64,000 nucleotides of DNA from Corynebacterium sp. Its GTDB lineage: Bacteria; Actinomycetota; Actinomycetes; Mycobacteriales; Mycobacteriaceae. Position 1 is the stretch's first letter. The number at the start of each line of letters is the position of its first letter. The notes under the pieces were generated by a model. That model was not told where the DNA came from, did not search any database, and worked only from the letters and a program-made list of their open reading frames with translations. This document shows, in pieces, positions 57,380 to 64,000 of this stretch. The translations under genes were made by a program, and so were the position numbers. The stretch lies in contig NZ_JAUNLS010000004.1 of assembly GCF_030532325.1 (NCBI RefSeq), positions 19,902 to 83,901 of the forward strand, given 5' to 3'.

Positions 57380-59275
57380 ATGAGCATTCTTGATTCCATC
57401 GAGTCCCCACGCGATGTCAAAGCGTTGAGCAAAGAGCAGCTCACCGAGCTTGCCGCGGATATCCGTCAGCGTCTCATCGATAAGGTCTCCGTTACCGGCG
57501 GCCACCTGGGGCCCAACCTCGGCGTAGTGGAGCTGACGGTAGCCATTCACCGGGTTTTCAACTCCCCACAAGACCCGATTGTCTTTGATACCTCGCATCA
57601 GTCCTACGTGCACAAGATGCTCACCGGGCGCACCAAGCTCTTTGACACCCTGCGCCAGAAGGACGGGCTTTCCGGGTACACGGACCGCTCCGAGTCCCCA
57701 CATGATTGGACGGAATCCTCCCACGCGTCTGCGGCCTTGTCCACCATTGATGGCCTCTCCAAGGCCTTCAAGATCCGCGGCGAGGGGCACCGCAACGCCG
57801 TGGCAGTCGTCGGCGATGGAGCCCTGACCGGCGGCATGTGCTGGGAGGCGCTGAATAATCTTTCTGCCGATGAGTCCCGCAACGCCGTCATCATCGTCAA
57901 CGATAACGGGCGTTCTTATTCGCCGACCATCGGCGGGCTCTCAGAGAACCTGGGCCGCATCCGCGCCCAGCACGGCTATGACGAGCTCATGGCGCAGGGC
58001 AAGAAGCGGCTGAAGTCCATGGGCTGGGTGGGCGAGCGCACCTTCGATGCCCTACACGCCGTCAAGGAGGGCGTGAAGTCCACCGTGATGCCCACGGAGA
58101 TGTTCCCCGAGCTGGGCATTAAGTACATCGGGCCCATCAACGGCCACGACATCGAGGCACTCGTGCGCGCGCTGACCTATGCCCGCGACTACGAAGGCCC
58201 TATCATCGTCCACACGGTCACGGAGAAGGGCCACGGCTTTGCCCCGGCCGTCAACGAGCCGAAGGACCAGATGCACTCCACCGGCGCCATCGATCCGGTC
58301 ACCGGCGTGCCCAAGGGCCAGAAGCAGCCGGGGTGGACCGCCGCCTTTTCCGAGGAGCTGGTCAAGGCCGCATCCCAGCGCGATGACATCGTGGCAATCA
58401 CCGCCGCGATGGCCGGGCCGACGGGGCTGGCCCCCATCCAGGAGCAGTTCCCGGAGCGCTTCTTTGACGTGGGCATCGCCGAGCAGCACGCCTTGACCTC
58501 TGCGTCCGGCCTGGCGCTGGCGGGCCTGCACCCAGTGGTGGCCATTTACTCCACCTTCCTTAACCGCGCGGTGGATCAGACCATCATGGACGTCGCGCTG
58601 CTCGGCCTGCCGGTGACTATCGTGCTGGACCGCGCGGGCATCACTGGCTCTGACGGCCCCTCGCACAACGGTGTGTGGGACATGGCCCTGATGAGCATCA
58701 TCCCGGGCATGCGCATTGCCGCCCCGCGCGATGGCGCCCGCCTGCGCGAGCTCTTTAACGAGGCCATCGCCGTCGAGGACGGCCCCACCGTGGTGCGGTT
58801 CCCCAAGGGTAACCTGCTCGATGACATGGAGGCCGTGGACCGGTTTGATGACGGCGTCGATATCCTGCGCTACAGCGACGAGCAGGGCGAGGACTCCACC
58901 GACGTCCTCATGGTCGCCGTCGGCGCGATGAGCACCCGCACCATGAACGCCGCGGCCATCCTGGAGAAGCAGGGATTCAACGTCACGGTGGTGGATCCGC
59001 GCTGGCCGGTGCCGGTGCCGCAGTCCATCGTGGCTCTGGCCGCTGACCACGATCTCGTGGTGACCGTGGAGGACGGCATCCTGCGCGGCGGCATTGGTTC
59101 GATGGTGGCCGAGGCCCTCGATGCCGCCGACGTGGATACCCCGGTCCACCGCCTCGGCGTGCCCAATTACTTCCCCTCCCACGCCAGCCGCGGGGAGCTT
59201 CTCGAGGAGATGGGTCTAACCCCGGAGGGCATCGCGGAGTCGGTGAGCACCTGGGTGGAAAGCCGCGAGGCCTAA
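57380..59275 (+). CDS. dxs: 1-deoxy-D-xylulose-5-phosphate synthase
   Basis: [14 protein letters not shown] and TPP motif [16 protein letters not shown]...NDNG, with transketolase-like domains. Confidence 0.97.
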   Translation: MSILDSIESPRDVKALSKEQLTELAADIRQRLIDKVSVTGGHLGPNLGVVELTVAIHRVFNSPQDPIVFDTSHQSYVHKMLTGRTKLFDTLRQKDGLSGYTDRSESPHDWTESSHASAALSTIDGLSKAFKIRGEGHRNAVAVVGDGALTGGMCWEALNNLSADESRNAVIIVNDNGRSYSPTIGGLSENLGRIRAQHGYDELMAQGKKRLKSMGWVGERTFDALHAVKEGVKSTVMPTEMFPELGIKYIGPINGHDIEALVRALTYARDYEGPIIVHTVTEKGHGFAPAVNEPKDQMHSTGAIDPVTGVPKGQKQPGWTAAFSEELVKAASQRDDIVAITAAMAGPTGLAPIQEQFPERFFDVGIAEQHALTSASGLALAGLHPVVAIYSTFLNRAVDQTIMDVALLGLPVTIVLDRAGITGSDGPSHNGVWDMALMSIIPGMRIAAPRDGARLRELFNEAIAVEDGPTVVRFPKGNLLDDMEAVDRFDDGVDILRYSDEQGEDSTDVLMVAVGAMSTRTMNAAAILEKQGFNVTVVDPRWPVPVPQSIVALAADHDLVVTVEDGILRGGIGSMVAEALDAADVDTPVHRLGVPNYFPSHASRGELLEEMGLTPEGIAESVSTWVESREA

Positions 59276-59295
59276 TCCGGTCGCCTAAAGCCCCT

Positions 59296-60522
59296 TTACC
59301 GCAGGCCCAGCCCGGCGATGATGATCGGGGCGCCGACGTCGCACTGCCAGGGCCGCGCGCCCTGGGAACGTAGGAAGGGGGAGACGTCGGCAGCCGAGCG
59401 CACGGTGCCGGCCAGCTCGCCGCTTTCCCCGCCCCAGGCCCACACGGTTGCGCGTAGAAGCGCGGGCTTGATCACCAGGTCGGGGCCCATGTGCAGCTCC
59501 TCCGCGAGGTCCTCAAAGTCCGCGCGCAAGTCCTGGTAGTCGGCCCACAGCTCGGGGTGCTCGCGCGTCCACACGCTCTTGGAGGGCACGGGGTTGCGGG
59601 TGCGTTCCATCGCGGGCGGGGTGGCGTTCATGCCCTGCTCGACGACGTCCATCCACAGCACCGTGGCTCCCGCTCGGCGGCGCGGAAACCCGGTGACCTT
59701 GTTGAGCGCGTAGTGCGAATCGGGCAGCGTGCGTGCGATCTCGGTCAGCGTGCGGTTGGGCAAAATGCGCCCGGGCGCCACGTCCTGGGCCCGGGCAATC
59801 TCCTCGCGGCGCTGCCACAGAGCACGCGCCACGGCGCGCTGGCGCGGCGAGCGCAGGGAGCCGATGCCCTTGTGCTCGCGCCAGCTGCGCGGGGCGGGTT
59901 CGGAAACGTCGGCAAAGCGCTCCTGTATGGCCGCGCATTCCTGGTAGAACCACTCCAGCTTCTCCTCCTCGGCGAGGATGTCCCGCAGGGCCTCGGCGGC
60001 CTCGTTGAGCAGCTCAACGTCGAGGGCCGCGTAGTTGCGCCACTGGTGGGGAAGGGGCACCTCGGACCAGTCGGCGTCCCCGTAGCCCTTCTCCAGTTCG
60101 ACGTCGAAAAGCTCCAGGATCACCGCGGCCAGGTTGGGATGATCGAAGCCGGCGAAGCGCGCGGCGAGCTCGGTGTCGAAGACGCTGCCGGGGTACAGCC
60201 CCAGCCAGCCCAGGCAGGGGAGATCCGAGGGGGCGGCGTGCATGACCCACTCCTGGCCGCCGAGCACCGGGGCCAGAGCGGCACCCAGCTCACGGCGGTG
60301 ATGCTCGGGCGCGAGGAGGTAGGTGCCCGCACCCTGGCGGCGAATCTGCACCAGGAAGGCGCGATCATCGTAGCGATACGAGGAGGCACGCTCCGTATCA
60401 ATGGCAAAGGGTCCTGTCCCCGCCTGCAGTGCCGCAGCGGCGCGAGAAAACTCAGCAGGGGAGGACAAGACCCGAGGAGTGCCGCCCGTGGGCACCCGGC
60501 GCAATTCCGTCATCGCAGGCAC
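59296..60522 (-). CDS. rnd: Ribonuclease D-like 3'-5' exonuclease with HRDC domain
   Basis: DEDD exonuclease motifs (FAIDTERAS, HAAPSDL) and an HRDC-like region (RALWQRREEIARAQDVAPGRILPN). Confidence 0.85.
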   Translation of the reverse strand: MPAMTELRRVPTGGTPRVLSSPAEFSRAAAALQAGTGPFAIDTERASSYRYDDRAFLVQIRRQGAGTYLLAPEHHRRELGAALAPVLGGQEWVMHAAPSDLPCLGWLGLYPGSVFDTELAARFAGFDHPNLAAVILELFDVELEKGYGDADWSEVPLPHQWRNYAALDVELLNEAAEALRDILAEEEKLEWFYQECAAIQERFADVSEPAPRSWREHKGIGSLRSPRQRAVARALWQRREEIARAQDVAPGRILPNRTLTEIARTLPDSHYALNKVTGFPRRRAGATVLWMDVVEQGMNATPPAMERTRNPVPSKSVWTREHPELWADYQDLRADFEDLAEELHMGPDLVIKPALLRATVWAWGGESGELAGTVRSAADVSPFLRSQGARPWQCDVGAPIIIAGLGLR

Positions 60523-60525
60523 CCG

Positions 60526-61245
60526 CTAGGAGGTTCCCAGCGCGGTGACGCCCTCCGGCGGCAAGCCGGCGACGTTGGCGAGCACCTGCGCAAAGGCCTC
60601 GACGTGAGAGGAGAGATCCAGGGATTCGGCAGTCCACGAGGCGCGCATCTCGATCTGGTAGGCGCGCGGCGGGCCGCCGATCTCGCCGTAGCGGACCGAC
60701 GCGGTGGAGGTCACCGTGCCGCCAAGGTTGGTGTGGGTGGCGCAGCGCTCGGCGAGGGCCTCGTTGAGCCACTCCCAGGCGACGTCGGGAAGCATCGGAT
60801 CGCCGGCTACGGCGTCGTCCATGTCCGCCTGGATGTAGGCCACCAGGCGCATCGCGCCCTCCCAGGCTTCCTCGGCACCCGGATCGTGCAGGAGGATGAG
60901 GCGGCCGAAGGCGTCGCCTTCGGCGTCGGTGGGAACCATGGCAGCGTCTGCGTCCGTATCGCCCACTTCGAGGCCAACGGCGTGGCTATAGGGAGCCAGC
61001 CGCTGGGGCGGGCGAATCGTGCCCAGAGTGATCTCGGGGCGCAGGGTTGCTGCGTGCATCGACTCCACCGCGGCGCTGAACTCAGCGGGGATGGAAGCGT
61101 GCTCCGGGGCGGCCTGGGCGGCGCTATCGTGCAAGCTCACGGGGGTGCTTGCCTGCTCGCGCGAAGATACGTCGGAATTGCTCACGACGATCAAACTATA
61201 AGTTTGGCACCGGAAGAGGTGGAAGGCGCGCCGGTCTGTTGACAC
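60526..61245 (-). CDS. DUF3000-family protein
   Basis: LRPEITLGTIRPPQRLAPYSHAVGLEV...GRLILLHDP... The position between rnd and hemQ matches actinobacterial synteny. Alternative GTG start at 61185. Confidence 0.75.
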   Translation of the reverse strand: MSTDRRAFHLFRCQTYSLIVVSNSDVSSREQASTPVSLHDSAAQAAPEHASIPAEFSAAVESMHAATLRPEITLGTIRPPQRLAPYSHAVGLEVGDTDADAAMVPTDAEGDAFGRLILLHDPGAEEAWEGAMRLVAYIQADMDDAVAGDPMLPDVAWEWLNEALAERCATHTNLGGTVTSTASVRYGEIGGPPRAYQIEMRASWTAESLDLSSHVEAFAQVLANVAGLPPEGVTALGTS

Positions 61246-61308
61246 TTTGGCGGGTCTACAACTTAAGATGGATACGAACTATTGCTCGGTCTCTAGAAGG
61301 AGAGATGC

Positions 61309-62010
61309 ATGTCCAAGGTTAATTTCTCGGAGCTCAACGCTAAGCAGCAATACTCGCAGCACGCGGTGTTCAAGGTGATCCCGGGTGCACTGGGTACTGA
61401 GCGCGAGGAGATCATCGCGCAGGCGCGGGCGTTCTTCGAGCGTCTCGCCTCCGAGGGAAAGCTCACGGTGCGCGGCATTTATGATCTGTCCGGGATGCGC
61501 GATTCCGCGGACTTCATGATCTGGTGGCACGGCGAGCAGTTTGAGGACATCCAGAAGGCCTTTGCTGACTTCCGCCGCGAGACCACCCTGGGCCAGGTCT
61601 CCGAGGTGACCTGGGTGGGCAACGCCCTGCACCGCCCGGCCGAGTTCAACAAGTCCCACCTGCCCTCCTTCATCATGGGTGAGGAGCCGGGGGATTGGAT
61701 TGCGGTCTACCCCTTCGTGCGTTCCTACGACTGGTACACCATGGATGAGCAGAAGCGCCGCCGCATCCTGGCGGAGCACGGCATGCAGGCCCGCGATTAC
61801 CCCGACGTGCGCGCTAACACCGTGCCGGCCTTTGCGCTGGGTGACTACGAGTGGATCCTCGCCTTCGAGGCACCGGAGCTGCACCGCATCGTGGACCTGA
61901 TGTACCTCATGCGCTACACCGAGGCCCGCCACTACGTGCGCGAGGAGATCCCCTTCCACACCGGCCGCCGTGTGGCCGATGTGGCCGAGCTGATTGAGGT
62001 CCTGCCCTAG
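61309..62010 (+). CDS. hemQ: Coproheme decarboxylase (HemQ/ChdC, chlorite-dismutase-like)
   Basis: YSQHAVFKV...ADFMIWWHG...VYPFVRSYDWY...EHG...DYEWILAFEA pattern of actinobacterial HemQ. Confidence 0.93.
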   Translation: MSKVNFSELNAKQQYSQHAVFKVIPGALGTEREEIIAQARAFFERLASEGKLTVRGIYDLSGMRDSADFMIWWHGEQFEDIQKAFADFRRETTLGQVSEVTWVGNALHRPAEFNKSHLPSFIMGEEPGDWIAVYPFVRSYDWYTMDEQKRRRILAEHGMQARDYPDVRANTVPAFALGDYEWILAFEAPELHRIVDLMYLMRYTEARHYVREEIPFHTGRRVADVAELIEVLP

Positions 62011-62047
62011 GCCTCCTCAACCTTTTCTAGGCTCAGCCTCTCGACGT

Positions 62048-62461
62048 CTACTCGTCGAGGGGCTTTTCCTCTAGGTTCAGGCAGATGGAATTGATGCAGT
62101 AGCGCAGGTCAGTCGGCGTATCGTAGCCCTCGCCGGCGAAGACGTGGCCCAGGTGGGAATGGCAATTGGCGCACAGCACCTCGGTGCGGCTCATGCCCAG
62201 GGAGTTATCCTCGCGCTCGATGACGGTATCGCCTGCCAGCGGGGAGAAGAAGGAAGGCCAGCCGCAGTGAGACTCGAACTTCTCCGCCGAGCGGAAGAGC
62301 TCCGCGCCGCAGGCCTTACAGGAGTACACGCCCTCGGTGGTGGTGTTGGTGTACTCGCCGGTGTGCGGGGCTTCCGTGCCGGCCTCGCGCAGGACGTGGA
62401 ACTCCTCAGGGCTTAAGCGCTTGCGCCACTCGGTATCGGCAATGAGCTTGAAATCAGTCAT
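62048..62461 (-). CDS. msrB: Peptide-methionine (R)-S-oxide reductase MsrB
   Basis: Zinc CxxC pairs (CKACGAELF, CANCHSHLGHVF) and catalytic RYCINS. Confidence 0.96.
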   Translation of the reverse strand: MTDFKLIADTEWRKRLSPEEFHVLREAGTEAPHTGEYTNTTTEGVYSCKACGAELFRSAEKFESHCGWPSFFSPLAGDTVIEREDNSLGMSRTEVLCANCHSHLGHVFAGEGYDTPTDLRYCINSICLNLEEKPLDE

Positions 62462-63627
62462 GCCGGAAGTGTAGCGCCCTGGGCTTTGCGCGGGCTAGCG
62501 GCCCACCAGCCGGCCACGCTGGCCGCGCTCACCACGAGCAGCAGGCCCCAGCCAATCGTGGTCGTGAACACGCTCATCCAGTGTGCGGCGGTGGGCATAT
62601 GCACGGAAGTCCACTCCAGGGGAGCCAAGAATAAAAATGCGGCCAGCCATGCGCCCCAGGTATGGAAAATCGAGCGCGAGCACACGACGGTGAACATCAT
62701 GGGAAACAGCCACATGGAGTAGTACTGCTGGCCCAGCGAGGAGAGGAAGAAGATGCCGGCCATGATGACGCCGCTGGTGCTCAACGCCCAGAACACCGGC
62801 TCGCTCTCGTGCCAGCGCACCAGTCCCAGGATGGCGAAGGCAGCCAGCAGCGCAAAGAGGATCCACACCGGGTAGTAGAGCGCGCCCGGCATCCCGAAGT
62901 AGGCGCGGGCGCCGTCCCAGGAGGCGTTGGCGAAGTCGCGGGTGGTGGACAGATAGGGCAGCAGCTTCTCCGCGTAGCCCCGCGCGCCCGGCGCCACGGC
63001 CCAGGCCACGAGGTTGACCGCAACCGGAAGGCCCACGCCCACGGCGATGTTAAGCCACGAGCGCTTGATCAGCGGCAAGAACAACAGCGGGGCGAACTGC
63101 GGCTTAATAAGGATCGCCAGCCCGATGCACAGGCCCGAGGCCCACGGGCGGGACTGTAACCAGTACAGAAAGCCCGCCATGGCTACTAGGAGGAAGCCGT
63201 TGATGTTGGTAAAGGCCAGGGTGTTGGTCACCGACTCCGTGGCGAAAGCCAGCGCGATGCTGGTGGGGAAGAGCGTGCCGCGCAGGCTGTGGCCGCACAG
63301 CCTGGTGAGCAGGGCGAGCGCGGCGATGATGGCTGCGGCGTCGAAGACGATGAAGAGCGTGCGCGCGACCTCGAAAGGAAGCAGCCCGATGGGGGAGAGC
63401 GCCAGCGTCGCGCCCGGAGTGTAGAGGTAGAGCGGATCGACGGAGTCGTAGGCCTGCTCGTAGACCTGCCCTCCCTCGATGAAGCGACGCAGCGCGTGGT
63501 AGACGGTGCTGAAGTCATCGGTGATGGTGCCGTTGAGGGCCAACACGGCAACCCGGTGGAACACTAGGATGACGGCGGCCGGCCAGGCAGCGCTGCGAAG
63601 AACGAGGGAGTGCTTGGTCTGAGTCAC
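62458..63627 (-). CDS. aftC: GT-C membrane glycosyltransferase (DUF2029/GT87), AftC-like arabinofuranosyltransferase by synteny
   Basis: About 10 TM helices with an N-terminal loop (DDFSTVYHALRRF). The gene overlaps the msrB start by 4 nt, as in the msrB-aftC arrangement of mycobacteria and C. glutamicum. Confidence 0.6.
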   Translation of the reverse strand: MTQTKHSLVLRSAAWPAAVILVFHRVAVLALNGTITDDFSTVYHALRRFIEGGQVYEQAYDSVDPLYLYTPGATLALSPIGLLPFEVARTLFIVFDAAAIIAALALLTRLCGHSLRGTLFPTSIALAFATESVTNTLAFTNINGFLLVAMAGFLYWLQSRPWASGLCIGLAILIKPQFAPLLFLPLIKRSWLNIAVGVGLPVAVNLVAWAVAPGARGYAEKLLPYLSTTRDFANASWDGARAYFGMPGALYYPVWILFALLAAFAILGLVRWHESEPVFWALSTSGVIMAGIFFLSSLGQQYYSMWLFPMMFTVVCSRSIFHTWGAWLAAFLFLAPLEWTSVHMPTAAHWMSVFTTTIGWGLLLVVSAASVAGWWAASPRKAQGATLPA

Positions 63628-63637
63628 GGCGATGAGT

Positions 63638-64000
63638 CTACGGGGCCGGGGTGCGCGCGTAGCGCAGAAACACCGTGCTGCCCACGGCGGTAACGTTCTC
63701 CAGGGTCATCTGCAGCGACTCCGGTATCTCCGCGGAATCCTGGTCGGCCGCGCCCACAACCGGGTGCTCCACGGCCGCGGCCAGGTGCGGATCCAGGGTG
63801 AGGTAGAACGTATCCACCGCGCCAGCGGCAATGAACGCCGAATAGACGCTCGGCCCGCCCTCGCAAGAAATACGGCGATAGCCGGCCCCGCGCAGCGCCT
63901 CAATGACCTCGGGGACGCTGCCCTTGCCGACGCCCCTCACCTCCGCGCCGCGATCTTCCATGGCGCGTGCCTCCGGGCTATCCACCCTGGAGTCCGGGCA
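63638..64000 (-). CDS. RibD C-terminal-domain (dihydrofolate reductase-like) protein, 5' end outside window
   Basis: ...RISCEGGPSVYSAFIAAGAVDTFYLTLDPHL... The frame stays open to the window edge. The position corresponds to Rv2671-like genes. Confidence 0.65.
   Translation of the reverse strand, partial: CPDSRVDSPEARAMEDRGAEVRGVGKGSVPEVIEALRGAGYRRISCEGGPSVYSAFIAAGAVDTFYLTLDPHLAAAVEHPVVGAADQDSAEIPESLQMTLENVTAVGSTVFLRYARTPAP

Noticed and set aside
1-64000. Search for mobile elements, prophage genes, toxin-antitoxin pairs, restriction-modification or known defence systems, tRNA/rRNA genes
   Set aside because: No transposase, integrase, recombinase, phage structural gene, cas gene or typical TA pair is recognisable in any frame. 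No cloverleaf-like tRNA candidates were seen in intergenic regions. The helicases present (HrpA, DUF3516-type, XPB-like) are in conserved core contexts.

Overview
High-GC actinobacterial chromosome segment whose gene content and order are typical of Corynebacterium. In order it carries a pspA-like 3' end, bioYMN, DUF3046-recA-recX, miaB, miaA-dapF, hflX, an NCS2 permease and ptsH-ptsF-fruK divergent from ptsI. These are followed by a sugR-like DeoR regulator, lexA divergent from divS-like-nrdR, hrpA, oxyR divergent from ahpCD, a VIT-family transporter and a DUF3516-type helicase. The second half holds PAC2, DUF4192, dtxR-galE, sigB, dtd, DUF3099/DUF3039, an SF2 helicase, sigA, ppgK, DUF4193/DUF3093, dut, DUF3710/DUF3159, an RNA methyltransferase, dxs, rnd, DUF3000, hemQ, msrB, aftC-like and a ribD-C-like 5'-truncated gene. 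I call about 60 CDS. I recognise no rRNA, tRNA, CRISPR array, transposase, integrase or phage gene, and nothing that looks like a known defence system, so the window is essentially core genome. Three spots look accessory or lineage-specific. One is a TetR / 2-keto-acid decarboxylase / GNAT block (6965-10391). The second is an opposite-strand two-gene insertion between dapF and hflX, whose first product ends in a Gly/Cys/Ser tail (14275-15630). The third is an SF2 helicase tightly followed by a small membrane protein (47948-50071). The remaining findings are DNA-level signals in intergenic regions. They include two perfect DnaA boxes in a 12-bp inverted repeat, a perfect 16-bp CRP/GlxR-like palindrome in the ptsI/fruK control region, and a cluster of LexA boxes between lexA and the divS-like gene. 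There is also a BioQ-type operator before bioY, an ECF-type promoter before sigB, several tandem repeats and an unusually long 24-bp perfect terminator hairpin. All family names rest on motif recognition and remembered synteny with C. glutamicum and M. tuberculosis; no database search was run. The many long antisense ORFs in the track are treated as high-GC shadow ORFs.
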